Shown piece by piece: positions 9,759 through 19,785 of a stretch of DNA of 64,000 nucleotides. The translations under genes and the position numbers were made by a program. The notes under the pieces were generated by a model, which did no database searches, was not told the DNA's origin, and worked only from the letters and a program-made list of their open reading frames with translations. The stretch lies in the NCBI GenBank assembly GCA_020847545.1, contig JADLBV010000048.1, forward strand, positions 83 to 64,082. Reading direction: 5' to 3'. Each line of letters starts with the position of its first letter. Within the stretch, counting starts at the first letter, position 1. This DNA comes from Phycisphaerales bacterium. GTDB lineage: Bacteria; Planctomycetota; Phycisphaerae; Tepidisphaerales; Tepidisphaeraceae.

Positions 9759-10715
9759 ATGCCACATAATGAAGGATTTTTTATTTTACGAGATGCCCTG
9801 CCGCTGGGGATTGTATTCCTGTCGATCGGCATTCTGCTGGTATTGGCGCTGTGGTTCTCGATGGCATGGGCGTTGGTGCATCCGCCTCGAATGACCGATG
9901 GGAAGGCCGCGTATCTCCTTAAACGACTGTCGCCAATGGACTTGGGGTTGGAGTTTGAGGAGATTCGTTTTGAGGTGGCCGATCAAAAGTCAGGTCGGCC
10001 GATGAATTTGGCGGGGTGGTGGATGCCGGCGGATGATCCCAAGACGGATCGATGCGTCATTCTGGTTCATGGTTATGCGGATGCGAAAGTCGGCTCGATT
10101 GCGTGGGGGCCGTTATTTCATGAGTTGAATTATCACATCCTTGCGATTGACCTTCGCGGACATGGGGAGAGTGATGGGACAGTTACCACGGCGGGGTATT
10201 TTGAGCGGCACGATCTGAACCAAGTCATCAATCAATTAAGAGAGCGTTATCCTCAACAATCCAGGGAGCTGGTTTTATTTGGCATCAGCATGGGGGCGGC
10301 CATAATCGCAGCGACGGCGGTGATGCGGGATGATTTGTCCGCGGTGATTCTGGAATGTCCGTATGCCGATTTTCGGCAGGCCGCCGCGGCACATGGGTAT
10401 TTGATGGGATTGCCGTTGGCGGGGTTGCAGAAATTCAGCATTCGGCTGGCACAAGTGTTGATCGGGGCGGATTTCGGTGTGGTTCGGCCTGTGGATTTGA
10501 TTCCACGCATTGGTTGCGCATTGATGGTGATTCAAGCGGGTGATGATCCGTTGGTTGGATTGGCGGAGATGGATGCGTTGAAGGGGGCTATGGAATCCCG
10601 GCCGGCGAATTTGACGGAATATTGGCGGATCGAAGGGGTCGGCCATGTGCTGGGAATGGCGGCTGGTCCGGAGGAATATGGCCAGCGAGTAAAAAGGTTC
10701 CTCGATCGGAAATGA
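9759..10715 (+). CDS. Membrane-anchored alpha/beta hydrolase
   Basis: N-terminal TM helix, HG oxyanion region (ILVHGYAD), nucleophile elbow GISMGA, and C-terminal GVGH. Confidence 0.8.
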   Translation: MPHNEGFFILRDALPLGIVFLSIGILLVLALWFSMAWALVHPPRMTDGKAAYLLKRLSPMDLGLEFEEIRFEVADQKSGRPMNLAGWWMPADDPKTDRCVILVHGYADAKVGSIAWGPLFHELNYHILAIDLRGHGESDGTVTTAGYFERHDLNQVINQLRERYPQQSRELVLFGISMGAAIIAATAVMRDDLSAVILECPYADFRQAAAAHGYLMGLPLAGLQKFSIRLAQVLIGADFGVVRPVDLIPRIGCALMVIQAGDDPLVGLAEMDALKGAMESRPANLTEYWRIEGVGHVLGMAAGPEEYGQRVKRFLDRK

Positions 10716-10799
10716 GGCTTTTAGGCGTTGAATAAAGGATATATTTATCCTATTATAAGATGAGTGGCTGACCAATAATTTCGCACCGTGGAGAAGGCC

Positions 10800-13700
10800 A
10801 TGAAGAACCACGAAGGCGGCATAGGAACGGGGGTGGAAACTGCGACCGGCCGGCGAGTGATGGTGACGCTGGATGGCAACGAAGCGGCGGTTTCGGTTGC
10901 ATATCGTTTGAGTGAAGTGGCGGCAATTTATCCGATCACGCCATCCAGCACGATGGGGGAATTGGCCGATGAGTGGTCCGCAAAGGGAAGAGCCAATATC
11001 TGGGGGACGATTCCGCGAATTTCACAGATGCAATCCGAGGGAGGGGCGGCCGGTGCGGTACATGGGGCGCTGCAGGCCGGGGCGTTGACGACGACATTCA
11101 CCGCATCGCAAGGGTTGCTGTTGATGATCCCCAGCATGTACAAAATTGCAGGGGAACTGCTGCCCTTTGTGATGCACGTATCCGCACGGACGCTGGCGAC
11201 TCATGCTTTGTCGATATTCGGCGATCACCAGGATGTGATGAGCTGCCGGCAGACGGGTTTTGCGATGCTGTGCAGCAATTCTGTGCAGGAGGCGCATGAC
11301 ATGGCGTTAATCGCACATGTTGCCACACTGCGCGGACGGGTGCCTTTTGTGCACTTTTTCGACGGGTTTCGCACCAGTCATGAAGTCAACAAAATTCAGG
11401 AATTGAGCGATGACGATCTGCGGGAACTGATGGATGATGAGGCGGTGGCGGCATTCCGCAGGCAGGCGATGACGCCGGATCGGCCGGTGTTGCGGGGGGC
11501 GGCTCAGAACCCGGATACGTTTTTTCAGGCCCGAGAAGCGTGCAATCCTTTTTATGAGGATTGTCCGCGGCATGTAAAAGAGGTCATGGAGCAGTTTGCG
11601 GCGCGGACCGGACGGCGATATGGGCTATTTGATTATGTTGGCGATCCGCAGGCCGAGCGGGTGATCGTGCTGATGGGGTCAGGGGCACAAACCGCCGAAC
11701 AAACCGCACGATGGCTGTGCGACCACGGCCAGCGTGTGGGCGTTCTAAAGGTGCGGTTGTATCGGCCGTGGTCCAACGAGGATTTTGTACGCTCGCTGCC
11801 TCCGTGTGTAAGTCGAGTAGCGGTATTGGACCGCACCAAGGAACCGGGTGCGCTGGGTGAGCCTTTGTATCAGGACGTGGTTTGCGCTTTGCGCGAGGCG
11901 AGGGAGACGGGCCTGATCGACCATGAACCATCGGTCATCGGCGGTCGCTACGGCCTGTCAAGCAAGGAATTCACGCCAGCGATGGTCAAGGCGGTATATG
12001 ACGAGCTGGATCGGCCGCATCCTCGTCGTCGATTCACGGTGGGGATCATGGACGATGTCACCCATCTGTCGCTGGATGTTGAGCAGGGGTTTGAAATTCT
12101 GGGCGAAGAGGTTGTTCAGTGCATATTTTACGGACTTGGCGCGGATGGAACGGTGGGTGCCAACAAGAATTCCATCAAAATCATCGGAGAGGAGACCGAC
12201 AATTGGGCGCAGGGGTATTTCGTTTATGATTCAAAGAAATCGGGAGCGATCACGATATCGCATCTGCGGTTCGGACCGGAACCGATTGAGGCCCCCTACC
12301 TGATCGGCAAGGCACGGTTTGTCGCCTGTCATCAGTTTCATTTTCTGGAACGTTATGACGTGCTGGAACATGCCGCGACCGGCGCGGTGTTTCTGTTGAA
12401 CAGCACGATGCCGGCAGACCGGATATGGGAACACCTGCCGGTCGGTGTGCAGAGGGCGATCATTGAAAAGGATCTTCAATTCCATGTGATCGACGCCTAT
12501 CAGGTGGCACGCGATTCAGGGATGGGCGGAAGAATCAATACGATCATGCAGACTTGTTTCTTCGGCATTTCAGGCGTATTGCCGCGGGAGCAGGCCATTG
12601 AGCAGATCAAGAAAACCATACAAAAAACCTACGGGAAAAAAGGCAGGGAGGTGGTCGACCGCAATTTCGCGGCCGTGGACAACGCACTGGCACATCTGCA
12701 ACAGGTGAATTATCCCAAACAGATCACGGCCAGCGAATCGCCACCTCTGATTTCACACAAGGCACCGGATTTCGTACAGAGGATTACGGGGGTGATGCTG
12801 TCCAATCATGGAGACCTGCTGCCGGTCAGCGCATTTGCTGTGGATGGAACATGGCCGATGTCGACGGCACGATGGGAAAAGCGCAATCTCGCAACGGAAA
12901 TCCCCGTGTGGGATGCCGAATTGTGCATTCAGTGCAACAAGTGCGCGATTGTCTGTCCGCATGCGGCGATTCGCGCCAAGGTGTACAATCCCGACGCGTT
13001 GGCCGGCGCACCCGAGACATTTAAGTCGATTGATTATAAAGCGCCGGACCTGAAGGGTGACAAATACACCATTCAGGTTGCTCCGGAGGATTGCACGGGA
13101 TGCCGGTTGTGCGTGATGGTTTGTCCGGCCCGCGATAAGTCCAACCCGCGTCACAAGGCGATTGACATGGAGCCGCAGGCGCCGCTGCGTGATCGGGAAC
13201 GAGACAACTTTGACTTTTTCCTGACGCTTCCCGACCCAGACCGCTCGCGATTGCGGCTGGATGTCAAAGGCACACAGATGCTGACGCCGCTGTTTGAATT
13301 TTCTGGTGCCTGCTCGGGGTGTGGAGAGACCCCGTATATCAAACTCCTGACGCAGTTGTACGGCGATCGGATTCTCATCGCCAATGCCACCGGATGTTCC
13401 TCGATATATGGCGGAAATCTGCCGACAACCCCCTATTGCACCAACGCCGACGGTCGAGGGCCGTCATGGGCCAATTCGCTGTTTGAAGACAACGCGGAAT
13501 TCGGTCTGGGAATGCGTCTGGCATTGGACAAGCATCGAGAGCAGGCAATCGAGTTGTTGCTGCGAATGGCCGGTGTGATCGACAGGCCGAAACTGATTGA
13601 TGAACTACTCAACGCGCCGCAGTCCAACGATGCGCAGATTGCCGCACAACGCGCACGGGTGGAGGCGCTGGCGGTTCGGCTGATGGAAATCGATTCACCG

Positions 13701-14414
13701 GAATCCAGCAGGCTGACATTGCTGGCCGATTATCTGGTGCACAAAAGTGTTTGGATCGTCGGTGGCGATGGATGGGCGTACGACATCGGTTTCGGCGGGC
13801 TGGATCATGTTCTGGCATCCGGGCGCAAGGTGAACGTGCTGGTGCTGGACACCGAGGTTTATTCCAACACGGGCGGCCAGCAGAGTAAATCGACACCCAT
13901 TGGCGCGGCCGCCAAGTTCGCATCCGCCGGCAAATCCCAACCCAAAAAAGACCTGGGATTGATCGCGATGAGTTACGGGTCGATCTATGTCGCGCAGGTT
14001 GCCCTTGGGGCGAAGGATGTGCAAACGGTCAAGGCGTTTCAGGAGGCTGAATCGTATCCCGGCGCATCGTTGATCATCGCCTACAGCCACTGCATCGCGC
14101 ACGGTTATGACATGGCATTTGGAGCGGATCAGCAGAAACTGGCGGTGGAGAGCGGGTATTGGCCGCTGTATCGCTACGATCCAAGACGGACGGATGCGGG
14201 CGAGTCGCCGTTGCAGTTGGATTCGCCCGCTCCAAAGACCCCGCTGGCCGACTACATGCGCAACGAGACGCGGTTCCGCATGGTCGAGCAGCAGGATCCG
14301 GATCGATTCAGGGAACTTTCGGCCGCAGCACAGCGGCAGATACAAAGACGCTATCGTCTGTACGAACATTTGGCCCGCATGGCCACGGATGAAAAGCCCG
14401 CGGCCGGTGGGTAA
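10800..14414 (+). CDS. nifJ: Pyruvate:ferredoxin (flavodoxin) oxidoreductase
   Basis: ~1200-aa single-chain PFOR. N-terminal DGNEAAVSVAYRLSEVAAIYPITPSS, two 4Fe-4S motifs (CIQCNKCAIVCP, CTGCRLCVMVCP), and TPP domain GGDGWAYDIG. GGAG lies 6 nt before ATG 10800. Confidence 0.95.
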   Translation: MKNHEGGIGTGVETATGRRVMVTLDGNEAAVSVAYRLSEVAAIYPITPSSTMGELADEWSAKGRANIWGTIPRISQMQSEGGAAGAVHGALQAGALTTTFTASQGLLLMIPSMYKIAGELLPFVMHVSARTLATHALSIFGDHQDVMSCRQTGFAMLCSNSVQEAHDMALIAHVATLRGRVPFVHFFDGFRTSHEVNKIQELSDDDLRELMDDEAVAAFRRQAMTPDRPVLRGAAQNPDTFFQAREACNPFYEDCPRHVKEVMEQFAARTGRRYGLFDYVGDPQAERVIVLMGSGAQTAEQTARWLCDHGQRVGVLKVRLYRPWSNEDFVRSLPPCVSRVAVLDRTKEPGALGEPLYQDVVCALREARETGLIDHEPSVIGGRYGLSSKEFTPAMVKAVYDELDRPHPRRRFTVGIMDDVTHLSLDVEQGFEILGEEVVQCIFYGLGADGTVGANKNSIKIIGEETDNWAQGYFVYDSKKSGAITISHLRFGPEPIEAPYLIGKARFVACHQFHFLERYDVLEHAATGAVFLLNSTMPADRIWEHLPVGVQRAIIEKDLQFHVIDAYQVARDSGMGGRINTIMQTCFFGISGVLPREQAIEQIKKTIQKTYGKKGREVVDRNFAAVDNALAHLQQVNYPKQITASESPPLISHKAPDFVQRITGVMLSNHGDLLPVSAFAVDGTWPMSTARWEKRNLATEIPVWDAELCIQCNKCAIVCPHAAIRAKVYNPDALAGAPETFKSIDYKAPDLKGDKYTIQVAPEDCTGCRLCVMVCPARDKSNPRHKAIDMEPQAPLRDRERDNFDFFLTLPDPDRSRLRLDVKGTQMLTPLFEFSGACSGCGETPYIKLLTQLYGDRILIANATGCSSIYGGNLPTTPYCTNADGRGPSWANSLFEDNAEFGLGMRLALDKHREQAIELLLRMAGVIDRPKLIDELLNAPQSNDAQIAAQRARVEALAVRLMEIDSPESSRLTLLADYLVHKSVWIVGGDGWAYDIGFGGLDHVLASGRKVNVLVLDTEVYSNTGGQQSKSTPIGAAAKFASAGKSQPKKDLGLIAMSYGSIYVAQVALGAKDVQTVKAFQEAESYPGASLIIAYSHCIAHGYDMAFGADQQKLAVESGYWPLYRYDPRRTDAGESPLQLDSPAPKTPLADYMRNETRFRMVEQQDPDRFRELSAAAQRQIQRRYRLYEHLARMATDEKPAAGG

Positions 14415-14451
14415 ATAACACCGCCGCCAAGACGCGGCAGAGGAGACGACC

Positions 14452-15450
14452 ATGGATCTCTCCACGCATTATCTGGGATTAAGGCTGCCCCATCCGCTGG
14501 TGGTCGGCGCATCACCGATGGTGGACAATCTCGACACCGTAAGGCGGTTGGAGGACGCCGGAGCGGCCGCGATAGTCATGCATTCGCTGTTTGAGGAGCA
14601 GCTTTCCATTGAACACCGCGCCACGGTGTATCACATGGAAATCTACGCGGATGCCTATGCCGAGGCGCGGTCATATTTTCCCGAGGCATCGGATTTTGCC
14701 CTGTGCCCATGCGATTACCTTAACCAGATCCGACGCATCAAGCAGGCGGTCGCGATTCCGCTGATTGCTTCGCTCAATGGAGTCAGTTGCGGCGGATGGA
14801 TCGATTATGCCCGTCAGATCGAACAGGCGGGGGCCGATGCGCTGGAATTGAACGTGTATTATGTCGCCACCGATCCAATAGAAAGCTCGGCCGAGGTGGA
14901 GGATCGCGTGGTTGACACCGCAAGACAGGTCAAACAATCGGTCAATATTCCCGTGGCCGTCAAACTCTCGCAGTTTTATTCCTCGATCCCCAATCTGTGC
15001 AGCCGTCTGGAGGAAGCGGGCGTGGACGGGCTGGTGCTATTCAACCGGTTTTATCAGCCGGACATCGACATCGATTCACTCCAGGTGGTTCCAAAGATAC
15101 AACTCAGCGACGCATCCGAACTTCCGTTGCGACTGCGATGGCTGGCGATTCTTTCCAGTTGCCTGCGCGTGTCGCTGGCGGTCAGCGGCGGTGTGCATGT
15201 CGCGGTGGATGCCGTCAAATCCATCATGTGCGGCGCGGAGGCGGTTCAGATGGTTTCGGCGATCCTGCGAAACGGACCGCGACATCTGACGACGGTGCTG
15301 ACCGATCTGCGCCAATGGATGGACGAACATGAATACAGTTCGATTCGCCAGATGAAGGGAAGCATGAACCTGCTGCGTTGTCCCGATCGGGGCGCCATCG
15401 AACGCGCCAACTACATGCACCTGCTGCAAACCTGGCGCGAGCCGGTGTGA
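14452..15450 (+). CDS. Dihydroorotate dehydrogenase-like protein (class 1 DHOD fold, PFOR-associated)
   Basis: MDLSTHYLGLRLPHPLVVGASP... and TIM-barrel DHOD-like sequence. Lies 37 nt downstream of nifJ. Confidence 0.75.
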   Translation: MDLSTHYLGLRLPHPLVVGASPMVDNLDTVRRLEDAGAAAIVMHSLFEEQLSIEHRATVYHMEIYADAYAEARSYFPEASDFALCPCDYLNQIRRIKQAVAIPLIASLNGVSCGGWIDYARQIEQAGADALELNVYYVATDPIESSAEVEDRVVDTARQVKQSVNIPVAVKLSQFYSSIPNLCSRLEEAGVDGLVLFNRFYQPDIDIDSLQVVPKIQLSDASELPLRLRWLAILSSCLRVSLAVSGGVHVAVDAVKSIMCGAEAVQMVSAILRNGPRHLTTVLTDLRQWMDEHEYSSIRQMKGSMNLLRCPDRGAIERANYMHLLQTWREPV

Positions 15451-15468
15451 TGGATCACACGGTCCGAT

Positions 15469-16077
15469 TCAACCCTTGAGTGAACCTTTGGTGCTGGGGA
15501 CGCCGGGGTTGCGCGGGTCGAGGGAGACGGCCTGGCGCAGGGCCTTGGCCGCGGCCTTGAAGATTGCTTCGGCGATGTGGTGGTTGTTGGAGCCGTAGGG
15601 GACACTGATGTGCAGGTTCAGTTTGGCGCTGGTGGCCAGCGCCTTGAAAAACTCCTCAACCAGTTCGACGGCGAATTTTCCGATGCGTTCACCCTTGAAG
15701 GGAACATTGAAGACAAACGCCGGCCGGCCGGAGAGGTCGATGGCCACCTGGGCCAGGCTTTCGTCCATGGGAACGATCGCCCAGCCGTAGCGGTAGATTC
15801 CCCGCTTGTCGGCCAGGGCCTGATCGAGGGCCTGTCCCAGCACAATCCCCACATCCTCCACCGTGTGATGGTCGTCCACCTGCAAATCTCCCTCGGCATG
15901 GATGCGCAGGTCGATCAGGCTGTGGCGGGCCAGCAGGTCGAGCATGTGGTCGAAGAAACCGACGCCGGTTTCGCAGTCGGCTTCACCATTGCCATCAAGG
16001 TTGATGGCGGCGCGGATTTTGGTCTCGCGGGTCTGTCGGGAGAGTTCGGCGGTGCGATTGGAAGGTGATTTGGACAT
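15469..16077 (-). CDS. hisB: Imidazoleglycerol-phosphate dehydratase
   Basis: RETKIRAAINLDG, DHHTVEDVGIVLG and NNHHIAEAIFKA motifs. Confidence 0.93.
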   Translation of the reverse strand: MSKSPSNRTAELSRQTRETKIRAAINLDGNGEADCETGVGFFDHMLDLLARHSLIDLRIHAEGDLQVDDHHTVEDVGIVLGQALDQALADKRGIYRYGWAIVPMDESLAQVAIDLSGRPAFVFNVPFKGERIGKFAVELVEEFFKALATSAKLNLHISVPYGSNNHHIAEAIFKAAAKALRQAVSLDPRNPGVPSTKGSLKG

Positions 16078-16127
16078 TTTTTCTCGCAGTCAGTGCGTTG
16101 GCGTCGTGATTTATTTGAAATTATTGC

Positions 16128-17198
16128 TTATGCCGCCTTTTCCGTCGCCGTCAGTGCCTTGATGCCGCCCAACAGGGCGTTATTTTCCTGGCTGGTGCCG
16201 ATGGTGATGCGGATTTTGTCGGATAGGCCGGGTTTGTCAAAGTGGCGAACGAGGATGCCCTGGCGTTTGAGGCCCAGATAGGCTTCGCGGCCGCGTCCAT
16301 CGGGGGCGACGGCGAAGATGAAATTGGCGGAACTGGGGAGGACCGTCCAACCCATCTGCGTTAATTCGGATGACAGCCGCTGGCGTTCGCCACGGACATG
16401 TTCCCATGTCCGGCGGGCGTATTCCTGATCCTCGATGGCGGCGGCCGCGGCGATGATCGCGATGGCGTCGCAGTTGTAGCTGTCCTTGACCTTGGTCATC
16501 TGCTCAATGACGGCCGGCTGGGCGACGGCGAACCCGAATCGCAGGCCGGCCAGCGAATAGGCCTTGCTGAAGGTGCGCGAGATGACGATGTTGGGGAGTT
16601 GGCGGACCAACGAGAGGCAATTGTCATCGGCAAAATCGACATATGCCTCATCGACCAGAATCAGGCCGTCGAAATCTTTGGCCAGTTGGGCGATCTTGGT
16701 GGGTGAAACAAATGTGCCGCTGGGGGCGTTGGGGTTGGCGAGATAGATCGCGTTGGCTTTTGTTTGCAAAAGCCCCTCGGCCGGCAATGCCCAGTCCTTT
16801 TCCCATTTGACGCTGACGCAATCGGCCTCCTGAAGCCGGGCCAGCACGGGGTAGAGCGAATAGGTGGGGTCGGGAAAGGCCAGTTTTCCGCCGGGGGGGA
16901 TGAACGTGCGCGTGGCGATGGTGAGGATGTCATCGCTGCCATTGCCGGCGAGAATCATGTCGGGCGACACATCCAGCACCTTGGCGGCGGCGGCGCAAAA
17001 TGATTCGGCGAGTGGGTTGGGATAGCGTCGAAGCAGTTCCGGTTCCATCTCCCGAATCGCCTGCATGACTTTGGGGCTGGGCGGGAACGGATTTTCGTTG
17101 GTGTTCAGTTTGATGATGCGCTCGCCGGGAGCGGGCTGCTCGCCGGGCACATAACCATCCATGTCGCGCACGGTCGATCTGACAAAGTTGGGAGCCAT
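16128..17198 (-). CDS. hisC: Histidinol-phosphate aminotransferase
   Basis: IKLNTNENPFPPSP, PLP-lysine region SRTFSKAYSLAGLRFG. Confidence 0.9.
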   Translation of the reverse strand: MAPNFVRSTVRDMDGYVPGEQPAPGERIIKLNTNENPFPPSPKVMQAIREMEPELLRRYPNPLAESFCAAAAKVLDVSPDMILAGNGSDDILTIATRTFIPPGGKLAFPDPTYSLYPVLARLQEADCVSVKWEKDWALPAEGLLQTKANAIYLANPNAPSGTFVSPTKIAQLAKDFDGLILVDEAYVDFADDNCLSLVRQLPNIVISRTFSKAYSLAGLRFGFAVAQPAVIEQMTKVKDSYNCDAIAIIAAAAAIEDQEYARRTWEHVRGERQRLSSELTQMGWTVLPSSANFIFAVAPDGRGREAYLGLKRQGILVRHFDKPGLSDKIRITIGTSQENNALLGGIKALTATEKAA

Positions 17199-17240
17199 GG
17201 CGGTAGTATACTATAAAAACGAAAGCTCAAGCCAGTGGAT

Positions 17241-17684
17241 TCACCTCACCACGCCGATTGTCAAAAGCAGATTCGCATAGATGCGTTGTTCGCCGGTGGC
17301 GATGGTGAGCATGACATCGTGCGTGCTGGCGGCATCATAAAATGCGAAGCGTTCGATTTTTGTCAGTTCGCCGCGGCAATCGGTTGATTGCAGCAGACGG
17401 CGAAAATCAGCCCAGATTTCCGGGTCGGCCGACAGTGCATAGGGGCCGGTGCGGGCGTAGTCCATCACATCGGCGCGTTCGATTGGGATGGCGGTGGTCA
17501 GAACCTCCAGTACATCCGTCACGGTGGGCAATCCCGCGCGCAGGTTCAGATAGACGACTTCGGCATTTGGCCCGCGACGAGAGCCGTGGGGGAAATTGCC
17601 ATCGGAGATCAGCACCTTGCTGGTGTGTCCGCCACGGGCGAGGGCGGCGGTGATCTGGGGGTGCAGGAGTTGATGTTTGAGCAT
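17241..17684 (-). CDS. RbsD/FucU family sugar mutarotase/pyranase
   Basis: Collinear with FucU as I recall it (MLK...LH...GHTSKVLISDGNFP ... IERFAFY ... YANLLLTIGVV). Confidence 0.78.
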   Translation of the reverse strand: MLKHQLLHPQITAALARGGHTSKVLISDGNFPHGSRRGPNAEVVYLNLRAGLPTVTDVLEVLTTAIPIERADVMDYARTGPYALSADPEIWADFRRLLQSTDCRGELTKIERFAFYDAASTHDVMLTIATGEQRIYANLLLTIGVVR

Positions 17685-17705
17685 GATCGAATCCCTCGTT
17701 AAAGG

Positions 17706-18239
17706 TCAATCGCCGCTGGGCTGGCCGTAGTGTTCGTGTTTGATGATGACATCGCCGGTTGGCGTGATCGTGACGATATATAGATTGTCGAATTCGCTTT
17801 CGTCGATGGGGTCGATTGTGTCGCCGCCAAGCCCTTCGATGATCGGGCCGATGGTGTTGCTGTGGGCGGCGACGAGGATGTTTTCTCCGGTGCAATCGGA
17901 GATGCGACTGACCATTGCATCGATATCATCGGCGGAGACAACCTGCACTTTGAGCTTCAACCACTTTGCCAGTGGCGCAACGGTCTGCTGCGTCCGGCGG
18001 GCATTGGTGGCGAAAATCCGTTGTATGCCGGCGTCTTTCAGGCGGGTTGACAGCGCTTTGGCGCGGGCTTGGCCTTGTGCGGACAAGTCCGGATCGGCCC
18101 CGTCGTTCTCCTTTTCGGCGTGACGGACCAGATAGATGGTGGTCGTCCGTTGGTCGGCCTGTTGGCGGGCGTGGGTTGGCCGTGAATCACAACTGCCAAT
18201 CGTCGCCATGACGACCATCATCAGGCATTGAATCGCCAT
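17706..18239 (-). CDS. Histidine phosphatase (phosphoglycerate mutase/SixA-like) family lipoprotein
   Basis: RHAEK catalytic motif (IYLVRHAEKE) and a second His in VAAHSNTI. Lipobox-like MATIGSC when started at ATG 18239. Confidence 0.78.
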   Translation of the reverse strand: MAIQCLMMVVMATIGSCDSRPTHARQQADQRTTTIYLVRHAEKENDGADPDLSAQGQARAKALSTRLKDAGIQRIFATNARRTQQTVAPLAKWLKLKVQVVSADDIDAMVSRISDCTGENILVAAHSNTIGPIIEGLGGDTIDPIDESEFDNLYIVTITPTGDVIIKHEHYGQPSGD

Positions 18240-18300
18240 CGAATGCAACACCCACCTCCTCAATAGCCGTAAATAATTCCCGAATATTTCCACTCTTACT

Positions 18301-18404
18301 CCCTCTCCCTGTACTCAGGGAGAGGGTTGGGGAGAGGGTTACTTTTTTGGTGTCGAGGAATAAGAACCCTCTCCCTCACCCTCTCCCTGAGTACAGGGAG
18401 AGGG
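18301..18404. repeat. Nested palindromic (REP-like) element: 40-bp inverted repeat, 2 mismatches, 24-bp spacer
   Basis: Left arm 18301-18340 is CCCTCTCCCTGTACTCAGGGAGAGGGTTGGGGAGAGGGTT. Right arm 18365-18404 is its reverse complement except for 2 bases. Each arm also contains its own hairpin (CCCTCTCCCTG-loop-CAGGGAGAGGG). Lies between the serS stop and the phosphatase gene start. Confidence 0.8.
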
Positions 18405-18480
18405 AATCAATTCACAATTCAACAATCCTATGTTCGAGACCAAATCTCCTATTTTGCAAGGAGTACGCGCAAACTGTAAC

Positions 18481-19779
18481 TCACCCGATCTTTTCGCGGC
18501 CGTTCAGATAGGGCCGCAGCACTTCGGGGATGGTCACCGTGCCATCTGCGTTTTGGTAATTTTCAAGGATCGGAATCAAAATCCGCGGGCTGGCGGCCAC
18601 GGTGTTGTTCAGCGTGTGGCAGAACCTGAGTTTTCCCTCGGCGTCCTTGTATCGCAAATTAAGCCGCCGCGACTGAAATTCATACAGGCGGGAGGCCGAG
18701 TGGGTTTCTCCATATCCGCTGTCGGGGTCTTTGTCATTGGCGCGGCTGGGCATCCATGATTCGATGTCGATCTGGCTGGCGTTTTTGATGCCGATGTCGC
18801 CGGTGCAGCACTGCACCACGCGATAGGGGAGATTGAGTCGTTTGAGCATCTCCTCGGCATACGAAAGCATTTCACGGTGCCAGGTTTTGCTCTCCTCGAT
18901 GTCGTTTCGGCAGATGACCACCTGCTCGCATTTGTCGAACTGATGCACGCGGTACAGACCGGCCGTGTCTTTGCCGTATGTTCCCGCCTCACGGCGAAAA
19001 CAGGTGCTGACGGCGACATATTTTCGCGGCAGCGTGCTTTCTTCCAGCACTTCATCCATGTGATAGGCCGTCAGGCCCACCTCGGCCGTGCCGGTCAGGA
19101 ATCGCTCATCGGGTCCGGGGTCCACATCGTATGCCTGATCGCGCCCGCCGGGGAAAAATCCGGTGCCGCGCATCGCCTCCTCGCGCACCAACACCGGAAC
19201 CGTCATGCCGGTAAAACCCTTTTCGCGCGTCATCATGTCAAACGCCATTCGCAGAACCGCCTGATGCAACTCCGCGCCAAGCGAGCGCAGATAGAATGAT
19301 CTGCTGCCGGCGATTTTTACCCCGCGCTCAAAATCGATCAGCCCCAATGCCAAACCCAGGTCGACGTGGCTTTTGGGGGTGAAATTAAACTTTCGCGGCT
19401 CGCCCCAGCGATACAGCACCACGTTTTGCGAGGCATCCTTTCCCTCCGGCACATCCGCATCCGGCGGCTGTGGGATTTGCAGCAGCAGAGGCTCGATCTG
19501 TGCCTCGGCCGTCTTCATGCGCTCCTCGGCCTCTTTGACCTGCTGTTTAAGCTCGCCCATCCGCGCGATGGCGGCCTTTTTTTCCGCAGGCTCCTTCAGC
19601 CGGCCGATTTCGGTGGAGGCTTTGTTCTGCTCGAATCGCAGTCGTTCAAATTCCCGTTGCGCGGCCAGTCGTTGCTCATCCGCCTTCAAAATCGCCGCGA
19701 TGTCCACGGTGACGCGCTTGAGCGCCGCCCCACGCTGATATTTTTCAGGATTGTCCCGCAGGTCTTTAAGGTCGATCAT
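18481..19779 (-). CDS. serS: Seryl-tRNA synthetase
   Basis: N-terminal coiled-coil arm and class II core (FRREAGTYGKDTAGLYRVHQFDKCE). Confidence 0.95.
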   Translation of the reverse strand: MIDLKDLRDNPEKYQRGAALKRVTVDIAAILKADEQRLAAQREFERLRFEQNKASTEIGRLKEPAEKKAAIARMGELKQQVKEAEERMKTAEAQIEPLLLQIPQPPDADVPEGKDASQNVVLYRWGEPRKFNFTPKSHVDLGLALGLIDFERGVKIAGSRSFYLRSLGAELHQAVLRMAFDMMTREKGFTGMTVPVLVREEAMRGTGFFPGGRDQAYDVDPGPDERFLTGTAEVGLTAYHMDEVLEESTLPRKYVAVSTCFRREAGTYGKDTAGLYRVHQFDKCEQVVICRNDIEESKTWHREMLSYAEEMLKRLNLPYRVVQCCTGDIGIKNASQIDIESWMPSRANDKDPDSGYGETHSASRLYEFQSRRLNLRYKDAEGKLRFCHTLNNTVAASPRILIPILENYQNADGTVTIPEVLRPYLNGREKIG

Positions 19780-19785
19780 AAATCT

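Noticed and set aside
10247-10255. One-mismatch DnaA box (TTATCCTCA) inside the alpha/beta-hydrolase CDS
   Set aside because: An isolated single near-match within coding sequence, expected by chance.
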